Virus record (IMG/VR): IMGVR_UViG_3300026302_000005
Location: 273,301 to 337,300 of that record
Source: a virus
Taxonomy: Duplodnaviria > Heunggongvirae > Uroviricota > Caudoviricetes
DNA: 64,000 nucleotides
Direction: 5' to 3' (one strand)
The notes under the pieces are model-generated. The model worked only from the letters and a program-made list of their open reading frames with translations. It searched no databases and had not been told where the DNA came from. Positions 37,476 to 46,737 of the stretch are shown in pieces (positions within the stretch are counted from its first letter, which is position 1; every line of letters begins with the position of its first letter). Position numbers and translations under genes: made by a program.

Positions 37476-37661
37476 GATCTTTTCTCCAAGGGGCTCGAAG
37501 GTGGGGCATATCCCAAATCGAGCGAATGCGTTGAACCCGGCCCCCACGTCGCACCAGCAACAGGGGACCTAGTATTTCGTCACGAGTGATGATTGGCATC
37601 CAGGATATGATACGAATCAGGTGTTCATCATCCTGGAGGAACCATCGACGAAATCGCATGG

Positions 37662-37994
37662 TCAACCCTCGGTTTGGGTGTCACTGATGGATGCGTTCTT
37701 GGCCTCTTCCAGAACCTTGGCGGTCTGTTCAACCACCTGCGTAGCCCAACCCGGCTGACGAAGCAACATGACAAGGCCCAGCATCAACAGATGTCCGTCC
37801 GTCAGTGGGGCATCATCGGGTAGGATCGGGGTCACAATCTGAACCTGATTGTCGTCTTTGATGACCAACGCATAGGCATTGGACAAATCGACCAATCCTG
37901 GGTTCATGGCCTCCGGTTCGGCGGAGTCGTAATTGTCATTCATGATGGTGTTCCTTTCAGAACATGAGTTAGGAGATGGGGTAATAAATGTCAA
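37662..37994 (-). CDS. hypothetical protein
   Basis: ORF. Confidence 0.35.
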   Translation of the reverse strand: MTFITPSPNSCSERNTIMNDNYDSAEPEAMNPGLVDLSNAYALVIKDDNQVQIVTPILPDDAPLTDGHLLMLGLVMLLRQPGWATQVVEQTAKVLEEAKNASISDTQTEG

Positions 37995-38000
37995 CCGTAG

Positions 38001-38780
38001 TCAGAACAAATCTGGTAGTTCTCGGCTACTACTATCGGGACGGTATGGATCGGTGAATACAACAGTGTTGCCCCGAAGCATATAGTTGCCACCATGGAGG
38101 TCCAGACGGATATCCCCACCACGGATTGGATACCGGATAATCCGATACATGATGGATACCAGATCAGCCGGGGCAATCCCTCGGAACCGTTCCTGGAAGT
38201 AATCCTCGTCGGCACCCCACACATCCTGGATGGCCATCTGAACTTCCCATACAGCGTCATTGGCGGCATCGTTCCCAAATGCAGGTTTGAGTCGTTCCAT
38301 CCGAACTGCCATGGCAGGAATACCGGTCTTCGGTTCCAGGTCCACCGGGCGTCCAACAAACCGTGGTAGATACTTGTTCGGACCCTGACGATCACAGAAA
38401 TCCAGGAAGGTGCGATATCCGATGTCGTCTTTAGCAAACACCTTGAGCACATAATCCATCTTCGGATGGGCAAACACCTTGGCGTATTGTCCTTCACGGC
38501 CAAGCCGTTGAAAACCTAGCTGGTTCAAATAGGTGGTGATCGGCTGGGATTGAGAATCATTGCGGAACCCATCACCAACGTGGGTCAGAGCAGACTTTGC
38601 ACCGGTGAGTTCATTCAGTTTCATGATCGTATTTAGGATCGTCATCCGGCAGTGGGATATCTGGCACCGGACGTAACTCCATGATGTCGTGGTAGAAGAC
38701 GGACCGACGGATAAGCTTGTCCTCATACGTCTGCAACATGGCCAAAACGCGATTGAGAGCATGCCACTGCCCTCGTTCAA
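38001..38780 (-). CDS. protein kinase-like fold protein (start uncertain; probably internal, near 38624-38645)
   Basis: Lys-containing strand YAKVFAHPKMDYVLKVF and a catalytic-loop-like LDLHGGN. Confidence 0.35.
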   Translation of the reverse strand: MNEGSGMLSIAFWPCCRRMRTSLSVGPSSTTTSWSYVRCQISHCRMTILNTIMKLNELTGAKSALTHVGDGFRNDSQSQPITTYLNQLGFQRLGREGQYAKVFAHPKMDYVLKVFAKDDIGYRTFLDFCDRQGPNKYLPRFVGRPVDLEPKTGIPAMAVRMERLKPAFGNDAANDAVWEVQMAIQDVWGADEDYFQERFRGIAPADLVSIMYRIIRYPIRGGDIRLDLHGGNYMLRGNTVVFTDPYRPDSSSRELPDLF

Positions 38781-38786
38781 AGTCAG

Positions 38787-39149
38787 TCATGGAAGCTCGA
38801 TGGTGTCTCGGATGGCAGCAAAATCCATATCCATCCATTTGTCCATGAACTCCTGCGGTGCAGGCGGCACATCATCCAGGCTTGCTACAGGGGTGAACTC
38901 CCAGCCGAATGAACCGTTGTAGTATTCGATCTGGAGCTTCATACGGCGGCGAACATCGTCCGGAGTGGCACCCTGCACACACAGATCGTGCTCCAGGGCC
39001 TGACCGATCCACACCGGGATGTCATTGTCCCGGAAAATCAAAACTCGCATCATCGTATCCTGATTATTGGCGGAAGCGGTGGGATTCGAACCCACGGACC
39101 CCGAAGGGCCGACAGTTTTCAAGACTGTAGGCATAAGCCACTCGCCCAC
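38787..39149 (-). CDS. hypothetical protein
   Basis: ORF. It may be shortened by overlap with tRNA-Ser. Confidence 0.3.
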   Translation of the reverse strand: MGEWLMPTVLKTVGPSGSVGSNPTASANNQDTMMRVLIFRDNDIPVWIGQALEHDLCVQGATPDDVRRRMKLQIEYYNGSFGWEFTPVASLDDVPPAPQEFMDKWMDMDFAAIRDTIELP

Positions 39150-39155
39150 GCTTCC
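39068..39155 (-). tRNA. tRNA-Ser (anticodon TGA), class II
   Basis: Acceptor GGAAGCG/CGCTTCC, anticodon stem ACAGT/ACTGT, loop CTTGAAA. Confidence 0.75.
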
Positions 39156-39251
39156 ATTCGATGTCCTCGGGGGGTGTGCAGATGCAGTGACCGTTTCCCG
39201 AGGCTCACATGATCTATTTAGTCGAGGTGGTCTGTTACGTCAAGAGGGATT

Positions 39252-39339
39252 TGGCGGAAGCGGGGAGATTCGAACTCCCGGAACCCGAAGGCTCGTCTGT
39301 TTTCGAAACAGGTGCAATCGTCCACTCTGCCACGCTTCC
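39252..39339 (-). tRNA. tRNA-Ser (anticodon CGA), class II
   Basis: Acceptor GGAAGCG/CGCTTCC, loop TTCGAAA. Confidence 0.65.
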
Positions 39340-39372
39340 ATAACGACTATTTAGCGCAACCCTATAGGTATG

Positions 39373-40119
39373 TCAATCGTATGTCATACCAAGAAACTGA
39401 AAAATCTGGGTCAAATCCCCACGATAGTTTTCCAGGTCACCGGTTTGACCGGATCGGTTGTCCATGATGTAGGTGGTGTTTCCGGGCTCGGTAATGATGG
39501 ATTTGAACATCTCACTGGGAACACACACAGAATCGCCAATCAGTGTCGGGTTTTTGTTGAGGATAGCACCGGTCACAATGTAGGTCGGAGCTTCTTCGCG
39601 ATCCGCCACTATCGACCGGGCCAGAAACTCTAACCGACGCCATATGCCCCGGTTGAACCCTGGGTTCTGTGGGACCACGTTGCTGAGATAGAATGTCTGG
39701 AGCATGCTTACGCTATCCTCCATCATGTCCCCGGCTGGAACCATATGTCCGCGATCATATCCAGAACCACGGTAGTCGGATGGAGTTGATGCATGATCCT
39801 GGAGCAATCCCGGATCGACCCGGAATACGTCGGTGCGTGGCTCTATTCCATCGACCTCACTGGCCACCAGGTTTTCAAACGTCAAGATCGGTATTTTGCA
39901 GCGAGTGTCATAGATGATCGCGTAGTTGATACGACAGATCGTGATCAACCCCTCTCGATCAGACATCAGTTCAAACGGGAAGAACTGCGGACACCGACTC
40001 TGCTGTAGCCCATCGTAGTAGTTGGGGATGTCCGTGTAAACGGGGTTCTCAATGTATTCGGCCCTGACACCGATGGGTGTCAGGGCCAACAACAAGGCAA
40101 GGATCGCTCTGATGATCAC
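39373..40119 (-). CDS. secreted DNA/RNA non-specific endonuclease (NucA / Serratia nuclease family)
   Basis: Signal peptide MIIRAILALLLALTPIGVRA. Catalytic DRGHMVP motif. Confidence 0.7.
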   Translation of the reverse strand: MIIRAILALLLALTPIGVRAEYIENPVYTDIPNYYDGLQQSRCPQFFPFELMSDREGLITICRINYAIIYDTRCKIPILTFENLVASEVDGIEPRTDVFRVDPGLLQDHASTPSDYRGSGYDRGHMVPAGDMMEDSVSMLQTFYLSNVVPQNPGFNRGIWRRLEFLARSIVADREEAPTYIVTGAILNKNPTLIGDSVCVPSEMFKSIITEPGNTTYIMDNRSGQTGDLENYRGDLTQIFQFLGMTYD

Positions 40120-40715
40120 AGATCAGGCTCGTCGATCAGGTTCAGGACATACCGCAGGGCCATGGCACCAAGCTGGATCGCCTCCTTGCGGGCTTCCGGC
40201 GACGTGCCGGTATCGGCCTTCACGTGTTCCCAAAGCTCCTCGAACTCCTCGCGGATCACCGAGCTTGCCTCATGGGGGGAGTTCAACGGCGCATGAATCG
40301 ATGCTGCACGGCGGGCCTCGTTGGCGATGTCCAGGGCGATTCGCAGAATGGCGTCACCATCATCGTCATCACTTCCATCTTCGAAGCCAGCATCATTCGG
40401 ATCGAAGTAGTCCATGCTGGACATAGCTTCCTGGATCGCCCGATGGAGTCCGTCCATGTCGCTGCTGTCGGAGACGATCAGGACAACCCCTCCATTGCCG
40501 TTCATGAGGTCATACTCATTGAACTGTGGTTCAACCGCAGGGGCAACCGGCGATGATGGATTCATACGACCCTCGATCAGATCGGCGAGATCGGGAGCCC
40601 CCTGTTGAAGTTTGGCGATGATGTCTTCGAGTAGGCTACGTGCAGTTGTTCCCATCGGGGGTCTCCAGGTTCGGGTTACAAGATGGCATATAAAGGTCAT
40701 CATCGGTGAGTTCAA
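40116..40715 (-). CDS. highly acidic protein, putative nuclease inhibitor / immunity protein (NuiA-like role)
   Basis: The product is D/E-rich. The gene lies immediately upstream of the nuclease gene and is coupled to it by an ATGA overlap. Confidence 0.35.
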   Translation of the reverse strand: MNSPMMTFICHLVTRTWRPPMGTTARSLLEDIIAKLQQGAPDLADLIEGRMNPSSPVAPAVEPQFNEYDLMNGNGGVVLIVSDSSDMDGLHRAIQEAMSSMDYFDPNDAGFEDGSDDDDGDAILRIALDIANEARRAASIHAPLNSPHEASSVIREEFEELWEHVKADTGTSPEARKEAIQLGAMALRYVLNLIDEPDL

Positions 40716-40929
40716 CCCCGGTTACGACTTTTAGTATCGTCCGTGGGGGAACTTCGGTAGCAACCAGCTTCACACGTTGGATGTCTCGTTTGGGAATGTC
40801 ATAGTGGGGCCTTCTGCCACCATGATACCAATGTCGAGCAATACCAAGTTGCTCAGCCATCGCATGCAGGTTCTCGACCGAATACGGAACACACACGAGG
40901 TGTCGCATCCGATCAAACAGATAGATCAT
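40636..40929 (-). CDS. DUF4031-like protein (HYDI motif)
   Basis: YHGGRRPHYDIPKRD. Confidence 0.35.
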   Translation of the reverse strand: MIYLFDRMRHLVCVPYSVENLHAMAEQLGIARHWYHGGRRPHYDIPKRDIQRVKLVATEVPPRTILKVVTGVELTDDDLYMPSCNPNLETPDGNNCT

Positions 40930-41183
40930 GGAAGTTTGATCTTGTCGAGGATCGCAAAGGGGATCATGTCGGTCAGATCATCCATTCGCCGCCATGCCAC
41001 GATCTTGGTGGAAACATCAAAGTGAAACAGACCATTGATGACCACCATGTATCCGTTGGAGATTTTCCGGCTGCTGTGGATCGCATAGAGCGAACCATGG
41101 ACGGGTTTCTCGAAAAGAATCAGAACGGCCTCTCCATCCGGTGGAGGTGTCTCATCATAATCGACCCAGCCGTGGTTGCTCAT
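40926..41183 (-). CDS. hypothetical protein
   Basis: ORF. Confidence 0.3.
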   Translation of the reverse strand: MSNHGWVDYDETPPPDGEAVLILFEKPVHGSLYAIHSSRKISNGYMVVINGLFHFDVSTKIVAWRRMDDLTDMIPFAILDKIKLP

Positions 41184-41244
41184 CCCAATCTCCCATCATA
41201 ATCGGCCTCTGTTGTGGCACTACTATCAGGTTATAGACTGGATG

Positions 41245-41457
41245 TCAACGCCTTCCCCAAGGATCACCCCAAGATGCGTAGTCGGCGTGTTCTGATTTGG
41301 CCGATTGAAGAGCTTCGATGAGGTTTCCGATATCCCCGACTGGGATCGTGACGGATGTGGTATCGGGCTCGTTGTCCCAAGCTTGTGGGTTCTTGACGGT
41401 GATCGTTACACTGTTGTTGTGATACGACACCCGGGTGTTACCGATGTAGTGGGTCAT
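41245..41457 (-). CDS. hypothetical protein
   Basis: ORF. Confidence 0.3.
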   Translation of the reverse strand: MTHYIGNTRVSYHNNSVTITVKNPQAWDNEPDTTSVTIPVGDIGNLIEALQSAKSEHADYASWGDPWGRR

Positions 41458-41772
41458 TCAACACCCCGTGCCATTTCCAGAGGTTCCACCGTGAGTCGAA
41501 ATGATGGTAGAATCGCCGACTTCGATCTTTGTTCCACGAGGGGGCTGGGTAAGTCGATAGATCACCACCGCGTCGTCAAGAAGGTCTTGTGGTGTTTTAG
41601 GCGGCACCGGAACATACCATTCACCGGTCACGATCCACTGCTCATCGCGGGGCTGATAGCCACTATCGCTGACCTGGATGATACGACGCTTGCCAGTTCT
41701 GGAGTGAACCTGGTATCGATGGATACCGGTATCCCGGACTGTATTCCAATGACCGAAACCAAACATGATCAC
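41458..41772 (-). CDS. hypothetical protein
   Basis: ORF. Confidence 0.35.
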   Translation of the reverse strand: MIMFGFGHWNTVRDTGIHRYQVHSRTGKRRIIQVSDSGYQPRDEQWIVTGEWYVPVPPKTPQDLLDDAVVIYRLTQPPRGTKIEVGDSTIISTHGGTSGNGTGC

Positions 41773-41780
41773 ACCACCTG

Positions 41781-42161
41781 CTATTCTGATAGTTGATAGA
41801 TTCTGGCACCGGTGGAGACTGACATTGCCGGATACAACGAGGTGACGAGCTTTTCCATATCCGGATCGGGCACATCAACCATCAAGACTGTGGAAAGGGT
41901 GCGACCGCGTAGACCCTCGGAACGACTGGAACAGATGACCAGCGTCGGCCCACCAGCTTCCCAAACTTTGAACATCTTATTGTCGGTGGTTCGTTTGCCA
42001 AAGAACAGATCGTTGATCGCACATATACGGTCTACCAATGCTTTGGGGTATTTGCCGGGACCGTGAACAAGCGCGAGTGTCGAATAGTTGACCAACTTGT
42101 CCTCTTTGATCAGTAATAGAAAGAGGAGTCCTAGATCAGATATCTTGATTGGCGTAGTCAT
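41781..42161 (-). CDS. hypothetical protein (126 aa)
   Basis: The track ORF to 42269 overlaps tRNA-Ser. ATG 42161 has a GAGG RBS. Confidence 0.35.
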   Translation of the reverse strand: MTTPIKISDLGLLFLLLIKEDKLVNYSTLALVHGPGKYPKALVDRICAINDLFFGKRTTDNKMFKVWEAGGPTLVICSSRSEGLRGRTLSTVLMVDVPDPDMEKLVTSLYPAMSVSTGARIYQLSE

Positions 42162-42179
42162 CAGAACCTCATGTGGTGT

Positions 42180-42267
42180 TGGCGGATGGTGAGGGATTCG
42201 AACCCTCGGAACCTTTCGGTTCTCTCCCTTAGCAGGGGAGTGCGATAGACCGCTCTGCCAACCATCC
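42180..42267 (-). tRNA. tRNA-Ser (anticodon GCT), class II
   Basis: Acceptor GGATGGT/ACCATCC, anticodon stem CTCCC/GGGAG, loop CTGCTAA. Confidence 0.75.
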
Positions 42268-42349
42268 AAATGTAACCTGCATGTTCCCCAGCTAAGGGAT
42301 CAGGGTGCTACCCAATCTGCGTCCGGTTACCCGACTCCAATTCGAAATC

Positions 42350-42437
42350 TGGCGGAGTCGGGGGGATTCGAACCCCCGGAACCTTTCGGTTCGCTCGCTT
42401 TCCAAGCGAGTGCCATCAGCCTCTCGACCACGACTCC
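42350..42437 (-). tRNA. tRNA-Ser (anticodon GGA), class II
   Basis: Acceptor GGAGTCG/CGACTCC, anticodon stem CTCGC/GCGAG, loop TTGGAAA. Confidence 0.7.
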
Positions 42438-42448
42438 ATACGATCTAT

Positions 42449-42847
42449 TTAGTGTAGTTCGGTTTCCCTGTCAATAGGGTTCATCGTTTTGATCTCAACA
42501 ATCTCCAGATCATCGAGCAGTTCGACCGCACGACCATGCTTGGTTTGCAGATTCCACTCAAAATCCTTGATGGTCAACTTGTCGGCTTTTTCTGTGGCAT
42601 GCTCCAGATCACGAGCCCATATCTCGGCCCACCCATCAGTGGGATCGGCATACTCTTGATCCTCATCCTCATCCCACTCTTCGGCGATGGCCAAAATCTC
42701 AAACGGGTGGAAATTCGGGTCCAACGAATCATCCCAGAAACCACGGCTTCGGACGATCTGTTCTACCACCCCATATCCCGGGGCATTTGCAAGATCAGAA
42801 AGTTCTGCTGCGGAGAATGACTGACGCATTATTCCAGGTCCACACAC
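42449..42847 (-). CDS. hypothetical acidic protein
   Basis: ORF. Confidence 0.4.
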   Translation of the reverse strand: MCGPGIMRQSFSAAELSDLANAPGYGVVEQIVRSRGFWDDSLDPNFHPFEILAIAEEWDEDEDQEYADPTDGWAEIWARDLEHATEKADKLTIKDFEWNLQTKHGRAVELLDDLEIVEIKTMNPIDRETELH

Positions 42848-43188
42848 CTTTGAAGATTCGCCTCGATGTCACCGACAATGCGAAGACCGTCAACACCATC
42901 GGTAACCAGGGTGATGGACCTATCCGGACCGGGTTCGCCCTCAAGCTGGCAACCGGTCAGATCGACTTGGAATGCCTCGTCGCCCATCTTGTCGGATATC
43001 CACGCGATGTCACAGGTTCCTTCACCGAAACTCACCCGGTCATGAAAAATCTGATATACCTCAATCGTTCCCTGGCAGATTTCGGTTTTGCCATAGGAAC
43101 CCATGATGGTGTCGCGGAAGAGGGGGTCGAGGGGGTCGGCTAGAGCCGGAGTAGAAATCAACATCAGCATTACGGCCAGAGACTTCAT
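42829..43188 (-). CDS. hypothetical secreted protein (signal peptide)
   Basis: N-terminus MKSLAVMLMLISTPALA. Confidence 0.4.
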   Translation of the reverse strand: MKSLAVMLMLISTPALADPLDPLFRDTIMGSYGKTEICQGTIEVYQIFHDRVSFGEGTCDIAWISDKMGDEAFQVDLTGCQLEGEPGPDRSITLVTDGVDGLRIVGDIEANLQRCVDLE

Positions 43189-43203
43189 ACGATCCTCGTG
43201 TTT

Positions 43204-43278
43204 TGGTAGGTCCTAAGGGGATCGAACCCTTGGCCTTCTCGATGTCAACGAGACGCTCTACCACTGAGCTAAGGACCT
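43204..43278 (-). tRNA. tRNA-Val (anticodon GAC)
   Basis: Acceptor AGGTCCT/AGGACCT, D-arm GCTC-AGTGGTAGA-GAGC, loop TTGACAT. Confidence 0.7.
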
Positions 43279-43283
43279 ATGAT

Positions 43284-43357
43284 TGGTAGCCAGTGAGGGA
43301 ATCGAACCCCCGTTCTCTGCGTGTAAAACAGTTGCCCTACCATTGGACGAACCGGCC
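43284..43357 (-). tRNA. tRNA-Val (anticodon TAC)
   Basis: Acceptor GGCCGGT/ACTGGCT (with G-U pairs), loop TTTACAC, 4-bp anticodon stem. Confidence 0.5.
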
Positions 43358-43405
43358 ATGCCCCGAACCTCTCATTCGGACGGACCATCAAGTGGTCTCA
43401 AAACT

Positions 43406-43481
43406 TGGTGGAGCTTAGGGGACTCGAACCCCTCGCCTCCTGCTTGCAAGGCAGGCGCTCTCCCAGATGAGCTAAAGCCCC
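43406..43481 (-). tRNA. tRNA-Ala (anticodon TGC)
   Basis: GGGGCTTTAGCTCATCTGGGAGAGCG...CTTGCAA, close to bacterial tRNA-Ala. Confidence 0.8.
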
Positions 43482-43615
43482 AAGATGACGGACAAAGGAG
43501 TTGGCATTGGGGTTGGTTTGATTGGATGTCAAGAACCCACTGCCTATCGGCCCGTCATGAACGTATTTAGAGAAGGTCTTCTGATTCGTCAATAGGCAAT
43601 TCGAAAAATCTTCAT

Positions 43616-43882
43616 CTACTCGTTCAGAAGAAGTCGAGCCATGTCATCGGTCATGATTCCGAAAAACCTTGGGTAGCATCCCACCATCAGTGGAACCCCA
43701 TTGGGAAACTGGGTCATATCGATGCCCATGTCTTGCATGATCTGGAGAAATTCTTGGGCCGCAGTCGTCCGGGATGCATAGCACCCCATCTCACTCTCGA
43801 ACACATGTTGGTTCACCACAGGCTCATATGTATCGCCTACCTGCAAACCAATGATCAACGCATATGAGGTGAGTGATAACAT
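43616..43882 (-). CDS. hypothetical protein
   Basis: ORF. Confidence 0.35.
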   Translation of the reverse strand: MLSLTSYALIIGLQVGDTYEPVVNQHVFESEMGCYASRTTAAQEFLQIMQDMGIDMTQFPNGVPLMVGCYPRFFGIMTDDMARLLLNE

Positions 43883-43906
43883 GGCGAATCACCTAAACCG
43901 GTGTGT

Positions 43907-43982
43907 TGGTGGAGCCTACGGGACTCGAACCCGTCACCTTCTGAATGCCATTCAGACGCTCTCCCAGATGAGCTAAGGCCCC
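43907..43982 (-). tRNA. tRNA-Ala (anticodon GGC)
   Basis: Acceptor GGGGCCT/AGGCTCC, loop ATGGCAT. Confidence 0.75.
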
Positions 43983-44050
43983 ATTACACGGGGACCCCGT
44001 AAGGACCCCCGTGTGTAGTATATGCATATTTAGCAGCAATTGGCTAAATG

Positions 44051-45952
44051 TCAACCCCCACGAACAAGGGGTTTTTGTTTCGGAATAACCGCAGGCACGA
44101 GGGGGGACGGCCCTGCCAGATCGCCGACAACGCTCAGCATCCGCCCCAGACGACCTTCGATCAGTTCCTGGGTCACAGGAACACCCATAGACGCAGCCAG
44201 AGACAGGCTGATCCGGATGGCGTTCTTGATCTGCCGCCCGTTGACCGGGTAGGTCTTGGCCATGTAGGGCAGATCGACCTTGATCCCATCGAGACCCGCA
44301 GCCGACAGGATGTTGGTCCATACGGTGTGACGGATGTCATCGGTGAAGTCCGGGTATTTCAGGATCACGCTGATACGGGACAGCACAGCCGTGTCGAAGT
44401 CAGCGACTCGGTTGGTGGTCAGGAACAGCACACCGTTGTGGTATTCCAGCAGACAGAGGAAAACCCCGACCATGGCGTTCCGCACGATGTCGTCCTTGCT
44501 GCGGGCTTCCAGGAAGATGTCCGCTTCGTCCAGCAGCAGCACCGCGTTCCAGGCCGTGACCATCTCCAGGACCTCCTGGAGGGTTTCCTCGACCTCTTTC
44601 GGGGTGACACCGAGTTCTCCCACACTGATCGAGTAGAGCGGGCGATGCAGGATTTCTGCCACCGACTCAGCCGTCAGAGTTTTGCCCAGGCCCGGGGTGC
44701 CGTGGAGCAGGAAGATCGCACCACCACCCTTGCCGGAGATGATGTCAGAGAACATATCTTCGGACTGCTCGACCAGAGACCGAACCTCAGCCTTGACATC
44801 GGGGTCAAGAACCAGAAGATCATAGGCGTCATCACGGAATGCAATCGGCGACAAGCCGGAGTAGCGGAACGTGCCCCACTTCTTCTTGGACATGCTGAAC
44901 CCCTTCACATACCCAGGGGTCGTGAACAGGTAATCGCCGGGAACTTCTTCCAGGTCTTCTTCGGACTCAAAGCTGGTCCGATCCCACCGATCCTGGTCCA
45001 CAATCTGTTCGTGCATGGCCAGGTCGATCATGCAGCGACCATTGGCGGTCATCTGAACGCTGCTCCAGCCCGCTTTGACCTCGATCTTGCCGGTATAGGA
45101 CAGATACTGCGGGGCGTGGACATGAGCCTGCCACACCTGACCGCGACGGCTCAGCTTTGTCAGTTCGTCTTCGGTTGCCACATGAACGGGAAGATCGGAA
45201 AGAACGGCATCACCACGGAAACCACTGATGGACACCGATTCGAACGACTTCCCGAAGTATTTCCCGTTGCTGGTGTAGCGAACCATCTTGACCGCGAAGT
45301 AGGGACCAGCAAAGCCGAAGCCATATTCGGTATCCGTAACCACGGCACCTTCCAGTTCGTCGTCGCCCGATCCGCCAAAGGCGATCTTGACCCCCTTCTT
45401 GAAATGCATGCTCAGCAGATCATAGGAAATCTTCCCCATCTCGACCATGCGCTGGTAGATATCCCGGGTCTCCTGAATCTGACCTTGCAGGAATGCGATG
45501 AATTCCGCCACCTGTTCGGCTTCACGTTCGGACTCATCAGCACCCTCAAACCCGTCGAGTTCATCGATCAGCTTGGATACCTCCACCAGTGTATCATTGG
45601 ACCGGTGGAACTCACGAATCTCAGAATGCTGCCGGAGGAACGACCGAAGCCCGGAGGACTGCGGGAGCAGTCGGAGCATCAGGCTGTCAAACATCGGGAC
45701 GCCATCCCAGTTGAAGCGGAGCACCCGCTCAACGACGAATGCCGAATGCACACTCACCGTGGTGACCTGAACACACTTGTAATCGATGGTCTCCTCACGG
45801 GACCGACCGACGACGTATTCCGCTGGCGGCGGGGTCGTTTTCGTTGCGGCCACAGCGGCTGCTTTGCTTACCACGTCGTGCCCAAGCCCGGTCATGGGAA
45901 GCGACTTCTTTCCATTGGCCTTGTTGGACTTCTTACCTTTGCTCTTTCCCAC
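44051..45952 (-). CDS. AAA+ ATPase (C-terminal AAA module; N-terminal about 400 aa of unknown function)
   Basis: Walker A LLHGTPGLGKT, Walker B LLLDEAD, sensor TTNR. Confidence 0.65.
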   Translation of the reverse strand: MGKSKGKKSNKANGKKSLPMTGLGHDVVSKAAAVAATKTTPPPAEYVVGRSREETIDYKCVQVTTVSVHSAFVVERVLRFNWDGVPMFDSLMLRLLPQSSGLRSFLRQHSEIREFHRSNDTLVEVSKLIDELDGFEGADESEREAEQVAEFIAFLQGQIQETRDIYQRMVEMGKISYDLLSMHFKKGVKIAFGGSGDDELEGAVVTDTEYGFGFAGPYFAVKMVRYTSNGKYFGKSFESVSISGFRGDAVLSDLPVHVATEDELTKLSRRGQVWQAHVHAPQYLSYTGKIEVKAGWSSVQMTANGRCMIDLAMHEQIVDQDRWDRTSFESEEDLEEVPGDYLFTTPGYVKGFSMSKKKWGTFRYSGLSPIAFRDDAYDLLVLDPDVKAEVRSLVEQSEDMFSDIISGKGGGAIFLLHGTPGLGKTLTAESVAEILHRPLYSISVGELGVTPKEVEETLQEVLEMVTAWNAVLLLDEADIFLEARSKDDIVRNAMVGVFLCLLEYHNGVLFLTTNRVADFDTAVLSRISVILKYPDFTDDIRHTVWTNILSAAGLDGIKVDLPYMAKTYPVNGRQIKNAIRISLSLAASMGVPVTQELIEGRLGRMLSVVGDLAGPSPLVPAVIPKQKPLVRGG

Positions 45953-46737
45953 TACAGGACACTCCTCATCATATCTTCATGTTCAGCAGATTTCTGCAAC
46001 CGTCGCTCTGCAAAGCGATCTCGCACTTCCTGGATAGCACGGGTTTCCTCATCCCGCAAGACCCGAATTTCAGATTGGATCATATCTTCTACCTGCGAAA
46101 TCTCAAGGAATCTCGTGGGTGTAATATGTTCCATCGTCACTTGGTCGCGTTCGATGAACAATTTCCCCCGATTACCACCGAGATATTCGTAGGTCGAAAC
46201 ACCCTTTACCGAATCAACAACCTCCACATAGAGACGCGATTCGGTTTCACGGATCACACGGACCAGCATACCAGCGGTTCTACCGTGCGGGCGGTAATAG
46301 GATGACTTGGCCCGAATCGCCACCAACCGTTCGACCTTAGCCCGCTTCTCGGCTTCGGCCTGGACAAGCTTCTCATACAAAGCCGATCCGGTCTGTTCCC
46401 AATACTCCCGGGCCTGCTTGGTGAACTGGTAGGGTTGATCATACCAAGCAAAGATACCGGCACGACCAAAGCTGTCTTTCTCTTCTGGTGGTTTCTTGAC
46501 CTGAACAGCCCAACCCCATTTCCAGAACGAGTGAGAGATATCGGTTCGGCCATCCATGTGCTGCTCGAACCAGTCATGCGATTTGGGAACCATCGCAGAC
46601 ATATCGCGATGGAACAACGAGTAGGACCTGGACCCCACATGAGATGCCACACATAGACCGAGGTTTTCTTCGATCATACGCTTCAACACCATCAGGTGCT
46701 TGAGCGTGGGCTTCGCCGGTTCGATCTCTCGTGTCAT
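45952..46737 (-). CDS. hypothetical protein (261 aa), coupled to the AAA+ ATPase
   Basis: ORF with a 1-nt stop/start overlap. Confidence 0.45.
   Translation of the reverse strand: MTREIEPAKPTLKHLMVLKRMIEENLGLCVASHVGSRSYSLFHRDMSAMVPKSHDWFEQHMDGRTDISHSFWKWGWAVQVKKPPEEKDSFGRAGIFAWYDQPYQFTKQAREYWEQTGSALYEKLVQAEAEKRAKVERLVAIRAKSSYYRPHGRTAGMLVRVIRETESRLYVEVVDSVKGVSTYEYLGGNRGKLFIERDQVTMEHITPTRFLEISQVEDMIQSEIRVLRDEETRAIQEVRDRFAERRLQKSAEHEDMMRSVL

Noticed and set aside
37459-37665. 68-aa ORF (MTMRFRRWF...)
   Set aside because: It overlaps the 5' segment of the RF-H-like gene in a different frame. The RF frame has an RBS and homology to RF1.
44048-46192. 714-aa plus-strand ORF
   Set aside because: Antisense to the AAA+ ATPase and its partner. 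Open only because of GC-rich codon bias.
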